Positions 20,147-30,691 of a stretch of 64,000 bases of DNA are shown here, one piece after another. The notes below the pieces were generated by a model. That model was given only the letters and a program-made list of their open reading frames with translations. It had not been told where the DNA came from and made no database searches. The position numbers and the translations under genes are program-made. Location: assembly GCA_034226945.1 (NCBI GenBank), contig CP120460.1, positions 434,001 to 498,000 on the forward strand, in the 5' to 3' direction. Every line of letters begins with the position of its first letter. Position 1 is the first letter of the stretch. Source of the DNA: Picochlorum sp. SENEW3 (Eukaryota).

Positions 20147-21607
20147 TCATGTCGAATTCGAGTTGCCAAGGGTGCTCTTTCGGCGGAGGGAATTTCGAAT
20201 GGACTGCTCTGTAGGGCTGAGTTGAATCTTTCCCCCTGATGACGCATTCTGTGATGACAGCGAATCCCGCTTTTTCTTCGCTGCATTCTTCTTGGCGAGT
20301 CGAGGTGATCGGCGGGGCATTTCTCCTTGCTCTTCTTTCAGAGACATGGCAGCAACCATATCGGCAGCCCTGGCTGCGCCCTCCTTCTCCTCCTCTTCAG
20401 GTACCACTCTGCGTGCCTTGCCATACAAGGACAGCAGGTTTGGACTGCAGCTTTGTGGTGTGAGGTGGTGTCTTGTATTCTCCGTCTTTGGAGATGAGAA
20501 TGAAAAATCTGGAGTTCCACTGTATTGTGGAAGTTCTGGAGTCACGGCAGGAGCAAAACTAAAACCTGCACTGCTCCTCCGTGTTGACAGGGAGGGAGTT
20601 CTGTCCTGTTCTTCTCCTCTGAACGGCATACTCAAAACTCCAGTCGTGGGTGATATCACGCCATACATTGGAGGGCGCTGCGTATCCCCTTCTTGAGACT
20701 TGGAACGGTTGTATCTGTCCACAAAGAGCAGTGAGCGTCTCAATGCAGATGCAAGCTGATCCTTGGTAATGACACCATCAGCATCCTCAGTCGCATGCTC
20801 AATCACATGATCAATATCCTCCCCTTCTTCTGACGGTGTATATCTATTAAAAAGCGACGAAAGCCTCTTATCAAAAGGAGTTGACCCAGCATTCCTACTA
20901 TTCACACTCATCGGACACACATCTTCATCATGTTCTTCTTCACCTTCATCTCCCTCAGCAATGACATCGTCATCATCCGTCACTCGACCGAATGTCACCC
21001 GCCTACGTTCCAACGTCATTTGAGATCCGAGAGACCCAAACACCATCGGCCCGTTTGTCGACGAAAGAGGGGTGTTCCATGATGACGAATCCCTGCCACG
21101 CTCAGCATGAGGAGGAAGATGTGATGTAAACGTCAAACGCTTTGTCGCAGTCATGGGAGCATGAATCGTCTGCCCAGCAGGAGTAGCTTGAACTGTCGAT
21201 GGAAAATCCAACTTTTTCAGAATCCCTTTGAATGTGGTGCGTGGCGCACTGTCCAATTCCACAACAGTAGTTCTGGCATCAGAGTCCCCCTCACCATGTG
21301 GCTCACCCTTCTCCTCTCCACCATGACTCTGCATTCTTAACGCTCTTCCACTAAGACCACTCTTTTGAGGGGTCAGTGACTTTCTCTTTGTCCCCTGATC
21401 CTCACCCTGCCAATGGAAAGCGCCAATCACATTGGACGACGGTTGGCGGGTCGTTGCTCCCACCCCCACTCGACTCCTGACAGCATCAATCCTGTCTCCC
21501 TCACCAGATGGTAGCATATTTAATTCTTGTGATAATCCATCGTTCCAATTCGGCAGAGATTCGTACTCGTCCTGGATATCTTCGGGTTGATGTTGGCCTT
21601 GGGACAT
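20147..21607 (-). CDS. Hypothetical intrinsically disordered protein, 486 aa, with many S/T-P sites and PP1-docking-like motifs
   Basis: Long ATG-initiated ORF; GILKK, KRLTF, RRVTF; basic C-terminus. Confidence 0.75.
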   Translation of the reverse strand: MSQGQHQPEDIQDEYESLPNWNDGLSQELNMLPSGEGDRIDAVRSRVGVGATTRQPSSNVIGAFHWQGEDQGTKRKSLTPQKSGLSGRALRMQSHGGEEKGEPHGEGDSDARTTVVELDSAPRTTFKGILKKLDFPSTVQATPAGQTIHAPMTATKRLTFTSHLPPHAERGRDSSSWNTPLSSTNGPMVFGSLGSQMTLERRRVTFGRVTDDDDVIAEGDEGEEEHDEDVCPMSVNSRNAGSTPFDKRLSSLFNRYTPSEEGEDIDHVIEHATEDADGVITKDQLASALRRSLLFVDRYNRSKSQEGDTQRPPMYGVISPTTGVLSMPFRGEEQDRTPSLSTRRSSAGFSFAPAVTPELPQYSGTPDFSFSSPKTENTRHHLTPQSCSPNLLSLYGKARRVVPEEEEKEGAARAADMVAAMSLKEEQGEMPRRSPRLAKKNAAKKKRDSLSSQNASSGGKIQLSPTEQSIRNSLRRKSTLGNSNST

Positions 21608-21941
21608 TGTCGATCACGACGGGCGTTCTTACTCACAGTGGGGTGATATTTGATATTAAAAACACGTATGTATCGATTATTTTACACTCTCTGGAGGTAT
21701 TAGGGGATGTTGTGTCATGCATTCGAGACCTATCCCGAAATACTATGTCCACAGAAAGACTGGATCGAATAGGGCACATTCTGATGAGTGTCGATCCCAC
21801 CCAGAGTGCCTTAAAAACATCCATGTATGTTTGGAATCAGTGTAGAGCTATCGCATGCTCACGAGGGTTCTGAGGTGGAGCAGATAAGACTGCGCTTGTA
21901 AAAATTCTCGACACTCCGGGATAGTTTTATCTTCGTGCCTC

Positions 21942-24212
21942 ATGGTGAGGGTAGAACATTTTTCATTTTGATATATGGGAGACACATACTAGGTGTCGTC
22001 GGATGAAAACAAAGCAAGCATGGTGACGGAGGGAGACGTTGCTGGGCAGAAAGAGCCAAGCACGGTGACGACTGCGCAGGTGCCATTGCCCCAGGCGAAA
22101 TTAACAACTGCATTGGCTGGTTTACGTCATACATTTGTAGTTGCTGATGCTACGCTGCCCGACTGCCCGCTTGTGTATGCAAGCGAAGGGTTCATGCAGA
22201 TGACTGGCTACTCCTCTGAGGAGATTCTTGGGCATAATTGCAGATTTTTACAAGGAGAAGGTACTGATCCAAAGTCTGTGGATCAGATTAGAGAAGCTGT
22301 GAAGACGGGCAAATCGTTGTGTACTAGATTGTTGAATTATAAAAAGGATGGGACGCCGTTTTGGAATTTGCTGACAATCACGCCGATTCGCGATGAGACT
22401 GGCCGGGTTGTCAAGTTTGTGGGGGTGCAGGTGGATGTGACGTCGACAACGGAAGGTCATGCGATTCATGATGCATCTGGAGTTCCTGTGTTGATTAATT
22501 ATGATGATAGATTGAAGGAGAATGTTGCGAAGCCGATTGTTGATGACGTACTGCATGCAGTACAGGCGGGTGAGGGCAAGACTCCAAAGCGCCTATCAAG
22601 GCAATCTGTAGCTGGGTCTCCTGGTCGGGGGCTGCCTCGTTATGCATTGGATCTTGCGACAACTGTAGAGAGAATTCAATCGAATTTCGTCATTGCGGAT
22701 CCAACGCTGCCGGATTGCCCAATTGTGTTTGCGTCTGATTCGTTCATTGAGTTATGTGGATATCGTAGGGAAGAAGTGTTGGGGCGCAATTGCCGCTTCT
22801 TGCAGGGCAAACATACTGATAGATCAACAGTTGATACTCTTAAAAAAGCCATAAAAGAACAGAGGGAGATCACGGTGAGACTGTTGAATTACAAAAAGGA
22901 TGGCACTCCATTTTGGAATATGCTCACTGTCGCCCCCATTCGAGATGTCTCTGGAGCGCCCAGGTTTCTGGTCGGCGTTCAAGTGGACGTCACGGAAGAA
23001 TCTACGGTAGAAAAAGCTGCACCGTTAGGAATGAAGGCTGCACATGATGTTGGTAACGCAATGAAGAGAGTTGATTGGGTTGGTCTGGACCCTTGGGCAT
23101 CCTTTACAAATACCGTCTTGCCACTCAAGCCTCACAGAAGACAAGACTCTGGAGGCGTCTCTATTCAAAAATTGCAGCACGATAAAGGAAAAATCAAACT
23201 TTCTGACTTTAGACGACGAAAGCAGCTCGGGACCGGGGATGTTGGTATGGTGGACTTGGTGGCCATGGATGGCCATCAATTTGCCATGAAGTCTTTGGAA
23301 AAGCAAGAAATGATTGATCGGAACAAGGTTGGTCGCGTCAGAACCGAACAGAAAATCCTCGAAACGATTGATCATCCTTTCCTATCAACATGCTATGCCA
23401 AATTAAAAACCGACACACATTTGCACTTTATCCTGGAATATTGTTCAGGTGGTGAGCTGTATGGCCTGATGAATCGGATGCCTGGAAAGCGCCTTCCAGA
23501 AGCCTGGGTCAAGTTTTATGCCGCAGAAGTGTTAATGGCTCTCCAGTACTTGCACCTCAATGGATTCATGTATCGAGATTTGAAACCAGAGAATATTCTC
23601 ATCCACGAATCAGGGCATATTAAACTGACAGACTTTGATCTGTCATGGTGCCAGGGAGAGACTATTCCCAGCGTAGAAAAGATACACGTGCCACGCTCGG
23701 CGACTGACATTGAGAATGGTCTGTCGCCTGAGCGAGAAGATTACATCATTAAAATAAAACCAAAGGGAAGAGCAAACTCTTTTGTCGGCACGGAAGAATA
23801 CTTGGCTCCAGAAATCATCACAGGACAGGGCCATGACTACATGGTGGACTGGTGGTCCTTTGGCATCCTCATTTACGAACTCTCCTTTGGCATCTCGCCC
23901 TTCAGAGGACCACGACGAGATGCAACATTTGACAATATTCTAAAAAAGAAACTGCAGTTTTCCACCCTGGAGCCACCCATGTCTGATGAATGCAAGGATT
24001 TGCTCAAGTCATTGCTCAGAAAAGATCCAGAAGATCGATTGGGCCATGAAGCAGGAGCAGAAGATGTCAAACGACATCCATGGTTCCATGACATAGATTG
24101 GTCTTTATTGGCCAACTCAAAGCCTCCTTATATTCCTGGTGAGACACCAAAGCTACCAGAGAAGGAGATAAAGACAACAACGTCCACTTCCCCGACTGTG
24201 GAGGGATTTTGA
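21942..24212 (+). CDS. PHOT: Phototropin (LOV1-LOV2-Ser/Thr kinase). Probable ATG-only first coding exon 21942-21944, then exon 21993-24212; alternative start at 22020
   Basis: Two NCRFLQG LOV domains and an AGC-VIII kinase ([28 protein letters not shown]). Confidence 0.96.
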
Positions 24213-24330
24213 TGATGAATGACCATCATCATGTAATAATAATCCAATATAAGGCCCAAACCATGCATTCCTAAATCATTAAATCGATATACTCGATTAA
24301 TAATTACTATTTAGCGAAGAAAGCGTCACA

Positions 24331-25245
24331 ATGGCAACAATTCTAGCCAATGGTATCTCCACGCCTTTCTTCGACTCTGGTCGATCTTCACGCCTGATGT
24401 CCTCAGCAAATAGTACATTACATGAAAAATTCATCCAGTCAAGAAGGAGCGTGATCGCGTTTGGGACAGATGCACAGACGCACACATGTGAACCTGGCTC
24501 AACAGTCCTCGTCGCTGGCGCCACGGGCGGTGTGGGACAATTGGTCGCTGCAAAGCTTTTAGAACGAGGATACACTGTCAAAGCACTAAGCAGAAGTCGA
24601 GAGAAGACCAAAACCCTCCTTGGGGATGCTCCACATCTGGAGGTTGTCTATGGGGATATGAGGCAACCAGAAACCTTGACAGAGGCGATGGACAAGGTTG
24701 ATGCCGTGTGTTGCTGCACTGGAACAACAGCATTTCCTTCAAAACGATGGGATGGAGGAAATACTCCAGAGCAGACAGATTACATCGGCGTGAAGCATTT
24801 GATTGACGCTGCAGCAGCATCTGAAGGCCTGAAGAGATTCATTCTCACCACATCAGCTGGTGTCGACAGATCCAATCAATTCCCATTCATCATATTGAAC
24901 GCATTTGGAGTACTCAAGTATAAAAAAATGGCAGAAGACGCCCTTCGGGCCTCTGGAGTACCATACACCATACTCAGACCAAACAGATTGACAGATGGCC
25001 CATACACATCATATGATTTGAACACATTATTGAAAGGGGTGAGTGGAGAGAGACAGGACATTCAACTCACCCTTGAAGATGACCAGGTCGGTGAGACATC
25101 CCGCATTGCGGTCGCAGAGGCGATCGTTCAATGCTTGACTGCACCAGAGACCACCAATGCAGTCTTTTCCATAGGGTCTCGACCTGGTCCTGGACCAGGC
25201 CAAGACGCCAAAGCCTGGCAGACGCTGTTCCGTTCCATACTTTAA
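24331..25245 (+). CDS. ROQH1: Plastid atypical short-chain dehydrogenase/reductase, ROQH1-like
   Basis: GATGGVGQLV, CTGTTAFPSKRW, FGVLKYKKMAED, RLTDGPYTSYDLNTLLK, GPGQD..W..LF, matching my recollection of Arabidopsis At4g31530. Confidence 0.8.
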   Translation: MATILANGISTPFFDSGRSSRLMSSANSTLHEKFIQSRRSVIAFGTDAQTHTCEPGSTVLVAGATGGVGQLVAAKLLERGYTVKALSRSREKTKTLLGDAPHLEVVYGDMRQPETLTEAMDKVDAVCCCTGTTAFPSKRWDGGNTPEQTDYIGVKHLIDAAAASEGLKRFILTTSAGVDRSNQFPFIILNAFGVLKYKKMAEDALRASGVPYTILRPNRLTDGPYTSYDLNTLLKGVSGERQDIQLTLEDDQVGETSRIAVAEAIVQCLTAPETTNAVFSIGSRPGPGPGQDAKAWQTLFRSIL

Positions 25246-25323
25246 AAATGAAATACGACATTTATAATTTCATGTAGCATAATAATAATAATAGAAAGGA
25301 GAAGAAGAAGAAGAACAAAAGTC

Positions 25324-26382
25324 ATGCAACGCGAGGTACTACTAATACTAGACACTCATGACAACAACCATGGGCTCATCTGATTCTGATCAGGATACTC
25401 CCCAGCCCTATTATGCGCTTCGGAAAAGGAGGAAGAGTGAGAAAAGGTGAGAGTTTCAAGCCAATGTCAGCAGAATGTCGTTGAGATGTTTCCAACCGCC
25501 GTCTGTTTCTGTAGGGATGATTCGAATGCTCGTAATATAGAACTGTTAAAGGAATATGCGCATCAAGCGTCAAAGATTGTGGTATTTTCAGGGTCTGGTC
25601 TGTCTGCAACGAGTGGCATGTCGACATTTAGTACCAAGGGTGGATTATACGATATGGCGCGGCAAAAGTACCAATTGAGCGATGGGAAAAACTTGTTTAC
25701 ATATTCTTTTTATAAAAGGCGTAAACAGGAGGCTGAGGCGTTCTTTGTGGATATTCAACGAGAGGCGCGTGCTGCTACTCCTGCTCCTGGGCACGTGGCC
25801 CTGGCACGCTTGTCTGAGGCTGGGAGATTGTCGCGGCATTATACGCTGAATATAGATGGATTAGCTACTCGAGTAGGGATGGATGTGTGGGATCCTGAGA
25901 GTAATGTGGATGGGTGTACTGTCGAGATGCATGGGTCAGTACACCACTTGGTATGCACAGGGTGTGGGACAACCACGCTGATGAGCGAAACACATGCTGC
26001 GTCCTTGTCACGTCATGTGTCTGTGCGGTGTGATGTGTGCAAGGATTCTTCCTTGAGGTTCAAGGTGATGATGTATGATGACGATGATGGGGAATATATT
26101 ACGCCTGATGATGTCATGGACCTCATGGAAGAGGATGTCAAAGGGGCTGATATGATTGTCTGGGTGGGGATTTCGTTTCAACAGAGTGCCTCGACGTCGT
26201 ATTTTAGAAAGGTGAGGTATTGGCTGCAGGAGGATGACAAGCATCAGCGTGTGGTACAGGTGGTTATTAATCCTTCGGATGAGGCTTTGTGGAATGTGCT
26301 CACAGCGAGTAGTAATCAAGGAGAGCTGAATATTCTGGAGGTGTTGGGCACTGCTGATCACATCCTTCCCATGTTACTCTAG
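25324..26382 (+). CDS. Sirtuin (SIR2 family), 3 exons (25324-25335, 25394-25446, 25515-26382), 310 aa
   Basis: SGSGLS, YTLNIDGL, EMHGS, zinc ribbon CTGC...CDVC; two GT-AG introns give one frame with an N-terminal NLS-like RKRRK. Confidence 0.82.
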
Positions 26383-26465
26383 AGGGCTACTGGAATTCGA
26401 ATCTATTCTGTTATTATTATTATTATTTCTTTGTATGAGAAAATTGATCATATCGTTCTACAGCG

Positions 26466-28073
26466 TTATCGAATAACAGTCCGCATCATGGACCCCACAC
26501 CAGCCGCACCGCCTGCCTGTGCCTTTGGTCCTGGGAATACGTTCCAGAAGCGCAGGGTTTCGTCACCTGCTCCAGTCACGATTGTCTGTCCATCTGGTGA
26601 GCATGCCAAATACAATACACGAAGTGTATGGCCAGTCAACGTTGCCAGCTTTTGCATTCCTTGGTATCGCCATACAATGATTTGATTTTGAGAGTATCCA
26701 TGCGTGCTGACAATCTCATTCACATTCTTCGACCACGCCAAATTACACACCTGCGATCCTGTATCCACGCTATTCAACGCTGCTCCAGTAGATGTATTCC
26801 AAAATTTGATACATCGATCCGCTGTGCCTCCCCCACTCGCAATCAACCCATGCTGATGTGGACTCCATGCAATTGCCTTGACTGCTGCCGTGTGCAGCGA
26901 GAATTTCTGCACGGGATCCGACGACGACGAATGCCCTGGCTGCCATATCATCAAGTGATTATCATTTCCACCAGATGCTATTTCTCTATCATCCGGAGAC
27001 CATTTCAGACCACACACTTCAGACCGATGTGCTGATAACTTGGCATACGAATGTTCTGGTGCCCTCACATCCCTCAAAAGAATACTTCTATCTCTGCTCC
27101 CAGTTGCCAATACATGATGGCTCCAATTCATACATCCTACACGCTGTCGATGGCCAGCCATCAGTCGCAGGCGTCTACATTTGACAGCATCCCACAGCTG
27201 CACATCCCCATTGTCAACTCCAACAGACAAGTAATGTCCCCGTTGACTCCATGCCACACTGCACACGCTCGTATCCCTTCCAAGATCGACAAGCCTGGTC
27301 ACTTTACTCGTACATGCAGACCATAAATATACAGCCGACCCCAACCCTACTGCCAAGGTGTTGGTCGCTGACCAATCAACCAGGTTGAGGTAGAAATCAT
27401 CAGCCAACTGGGGTGCATCCAGCACCTTGAAAGGAGATCTATTGATCCTCCGCGGAAGCCGTCCCGGCGAGGTAAACGTCGACTCGTTACTGCCGAATAT
27501 ATCACTCCCATCCAGCAACCCACGCTGCTGAAACGGGGATTTGCACACATTTCCATAGGCATCAGATGAATCAGTCACATATCGAAACAGCGTCTTCCTC
27601 CCAGTCCCTGGCGTCCCTTGAGACGATGGACCAGCACCCCCTCCAGCCCGTCCATTCGACATTCTCCCCATGGGACTCTCTAGAAGACCAAAGTGCGGAA
27701 CTGATGCCTCCCCTGTCGATCCACCGGCCCCCCCTTGGGGATTCTTCTCGGGCGACGAGGGCAAGCTCGCACCCCCTCCAGTTGACGAGCAACCCAACAA
27801 TTCAGATCGAATCACCATGCCATATACACTCGCTGAATCCTGATCCTTATCCTGGCCTTTGACCGGCACTTGAGAAGCAACCGTTTCCCGTTCCAAGACC
27901 GTACAATCAAGGCGAGACGTCCCTGCTCTGCTGGGTATAAACCTATCAGAATATGACACAGGCTTACTGGTAGAAGAAGGTTGAACAACACGTTTGGAAG
28001 GAGATGCTGCTGCGTTGCTCGAAGGAGCGAATTCACCACCATGGTTCCTTCCTCCACCGTATTCGTCATCCAT
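26466..28073 (-). CDS. CDH1: APC/C activator CDH1/FZR (CCS52)
   Basis: C-box DRFIPSR, KVLDAPQLADDFYLNLVDWS, WD40 repeats, C-terminal IR tail. Confidence 0.95.
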   Translation of the reverse strand: MDDEYGGGRNHGGEFAPSSNAAASPSKRVVQPSSTSKPVSYSDRFIPSRAGTSRLDCTVLERETVASQVPVKGQDKDQDSASVYGMVIRSELLGCSSTGGGASLPSSPEKNPQGGAGGSTGEASVPHFGLLESPMGRMSNGRAGGGAGPSSQGTPGTGRKTLFRYVTDSSDAYGNVCKSPFQQRGLLDGSDIFGSNESTFTSPGRLPRRINRSPFKVLDAPQLADDFYLNLVDWSATNTLAVGLGSAVYLWSACTSKVTRLVDLGRDTSVCSVAWSQRGHYLSVGVDNGDVQLWDAVKCRRLRLMAGHRQRVGCMNWSHHVLATGSRDRSILLRDVRAPEHSYAKLSAHRSEVCGLKWSPDDREIASGGNDNHLMIWQPGHSSSSDPVQKFSLHTAAVKAIAWSPHQHGLIASGGGTADRCIKFWNTSTGAALNSVDTGSQVCNLAWSKNVNEIVSTHGYSQNQIIVWRYQGMQKLATLTGHTLRVLYLACSPDGQTIVTGAGDETLRFWNVFPGPKAQAGGAAGVGSMMRTVIR

Positions 28074-28500
28074 GATGGGTCTATGTCAATACTCGTCGTC
28101 TCCTTCTTGTCTATCTATGACGTTGTAATAATAATAGAGGGGTTTCGGTGGATATCTCTACAATCCATGCGACCTGGTCCATAGTCTTCATGCATATCAA
28201 TAACGGATTCGGTCAAAGGAGACTATTGACCGAATAGATGTGTCACATGCATTGTCAGGCATGGAAATGTGTTCTGGTGATGTCATTTAGAAAAATGATG
28301 CATGGTTGCGATGAAAAATTACGGTAAATTAAAATACTCTTGATACTGGGTCGACCTGTAAGGGTATTGAGCTCGGTGGGATTGGAGCAATATGTTTTCA
28401 ATGCATGACAGCGATTGATTTCAAGGAATCAAATACCTGGATCTCATTATTTTATATAGCAAAATAAGAACATATAATCGTGCGGACTGTTGGATGTGTG

Positions 28501-29730
28501 ATGTGTCGATATCAGCAGCAGCAGGAGGAGGAGGAGGAGGAGGGCAAGAGGACCTGCCAGGTCTCAAAGAGTGGCGGTGCATCCTCTCATGACAGGCAAC
28601 GGAAGAAGAAGAAGAAGAAGAAGAAGAAAATGAAAAGGAATACATATCAGCGGGTTGTTCGAAAGGTGAAGAGGAAGGCTCGGTCGGAGCTGCGTATTTC
28701 CAAGGGAGACTGGACTCGTCATGGGTATGGCCAGTCTCCCATCATCACATGTGATGTCGATTGCAAAGGGCCACATGATTCTATGCGTGTTGTGGATGGG
28801 AAGAGGGTATCGTTTGCAGAATTTTCTCATGGTATAGAGAAAAAAGGCTTGCCGTGTTTGATCAAGAATGTATGTGAACATTGGCCAGCCATATCTGGGC
28901 AGTGGAGTGATGCAGCGTTGCTGCAGAGATACAAGGACTATTCATTCAAAGTCGGTTCTGATGATGATGGGTACCCCGTGCGGATGAAATTTCATCATTT
29001 TCTGAAATATGCGCATGATCCTGAACAAGGCTTGCGGGATGATTCTCCATTGTACATTTTTGATGGATCTGTGCTGTCAGAGAAGGATGCAAAGGATGGG
29101 AGTTGTATGATGAAGGACTACACCGTCCCTTTTATCTTCTCAGAGGATTTGTTGCGACTCGCTGGGGAAGATAAGAGACCACCTTGGAGGTGGTTTTGTG
29201 CGGGAGGTGCTCGTTCAGGAACAAATATTCATGTGGATCCGTTGGGAACGTCTGCATGGAATGCCTTGGTTCGAGGTCACAAGCGGTGGGTGCTCTTCAG
29301 TCCTGAGACGCCACAAGACGCCATCAAGCCGAAAGGTGTTGATAGTGCTGCTCGATGGTTTGATATCGTCTGGCCACAGACGTTGAAGAAGGATTGGAGG
29401 TATCCGAGACCAATCCATGTTATTCAACAACCAGGAGACACAGTATATGTTCCCAATGGGTGGTGGCATGTTGTTCTCAACTTGGATTTTACCGTGGCTG
29501 TGACCCATAATTTCTGTTCGAGTGCCAACTTTAGAAAAGTATTTATGCATTGTCGGATCAGTCGACCGAAAATGTCTCAACATTGGTTGAAACATCTCAG
29601 GTTGGAGCGCCCAGATCTGGCTGAGAGTGCCCAATATATTATTGATGAGGATGAGCGATGTGACTCGATATCCAGTCCATCGTCCTCGTCTTCTTCTTCT
29701 GACAGCAACAGTAGTAGTAGTAGTCGTTGA
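28501..29730 (+). CDS. JMJD6: JmjC protein JMJD6-like (start codon uncertain)
   Basis: FKVGSDDDGYPVRMK, DDSPLYIFD, RPPWRWF..GGARSGTNIHVDPLGTSAWNAL, WWHVVLNLD, poly-Ser tail. Confidence 0.9.
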   Translation: MCRYQQQQEEEEEEGKRTCQVSKSGGASSHDRQRKKKKKKKKKMKRNTYQRVVRKVKRKARSELRISKGDWTRHGYGQSPIITCDVDCKGPHDSMRVVDGKRVSFAEFSHGIEKKGLPCLIKNVCEHWPAISGQWSDAALLQRYKDYSFKVGSDDDGYPVRMKFHHFLKYAHDPEQGLRDDSPLYIFDGSVLSEKDAKDGSCMMKDYTVPFIFSEDLLRLAGEDKRPPWRWFCAGGARSGTNIHVDPLGTSAWNALVRGHKRWVLFSPETPQDAIKPKGVDSAARWFDIVWPQTLKKDWRYPRPIHVIQQPGDTVYVPNGWWHVVLNLDFTVAVTHNFCSSANFRKVFMHCRISRPKMSQHWLKHLRLERPDLAESAQYIIDEDERCDSISSPSSSSSSSDSNSSSSSR

Positions 29731-29879
29731 GCACGGATTCGTCGTCCTGAGAGAGACTGATCCACGTCTTACATCAGGGCCTTGTGTGTGGAGCAGTAGG
29801 AAATTCCATCCAATGCAATGCGTGTGCCTGTTTGAATTATTTAAAAAAATAAAGTACTCGATTAAAAATATTCAATACA

Positions 29880-30526
29880 ATGCAGTTGTCTGTAATTACA
29901 CAAAAGCCGAGCTTTGTCTCTGGTTTCCACGTGACCAGGTACGAGTAGCGTGGTGGTCGTATGATTTCAAAATGGGCCATCTGGTTGGCTAATATATGTA
30001 CATAAAATTGCAGTAAAAGAAGATCTGGACGGGTTGCAGTCGCACCAAGAGCACTCTTTGGCGGCGGTAATAAAGATGTGAGTTCTTGTGACGTCGCATC
30101 TTGAGATGGTTGCGATGATGCGTCGATATGGTGTCGAATACATCTGATACATCGTTTTTATGGTCCATGTAGGGGAATGGTGGAGGTCTTGGAGGTCTCG
30201 GAAATATGGGCAACTTTATGGAGAATATCAAAAAGGCTCAGAGTATGATTCAGATTGAAGCTGCAAAGGTGCAAGAGGAGTTGGCAAACACTGATTTTGA
30301 AGGATATAGTTCTGATGAGACTGTGCGTGTAATTATGACGGGGAACCAGGAGCCAAAGTCTGTAGATATCACAGATGCAGCATACAGTCAAGGGAATGAG
30401 AAGTTGTCTGCATTGGTGACTGAGGCGATGAAGGATGCACATGCAAAGAGTGTTGCAGGAATGAAAGAGCGAATGGCGAAGTTGGCCCAGTCATTGGGAT
30501 TGCCACAGCCACCTCAGAATATGTAA
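29880..30526 (+). CDS. STIC2: Plastid YbaB/EbfC-family protein (STIC2-like), 3 exons (29880-29938, 30014-30077, 30173-30526), 158 aa
   Basis: Spliced transit peptide ending ...RALFGGGNKD, then IKKAQ..IQIEAAKVQEELANTDFEGY...TGNQEP...EAMKDAHAKSV. Confidence 0.82.
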
Positions 30527-30691
30527 ACCAATTCTATCCATGTAAGAAATGTTGTTTATATGGGTCAAGCTCTGTAGTCAGAGAGGCCAATATGTCTGCA
30601 AACGCGTTATAGCGCATACATATATATATATATTTACTCGTCTTTCCTACTGTGATAAAGGTGAGAGGAACGAAGAAAGAGAGCGTTACAG

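Noticed and set aside
28603..28628. (GAA)n and similar microsatellites (also near 16397, 30700 and 40401)
   Set aside because: Ordinary low-complexity tracts; not CRISPR arrays or mobile-element features.
30078..30172. C/D-box-like motifs in STIC2 intron 2
   Set aside because: The C box is imperfect and the C-to-D span is too short for a typical C/D snoRNA.
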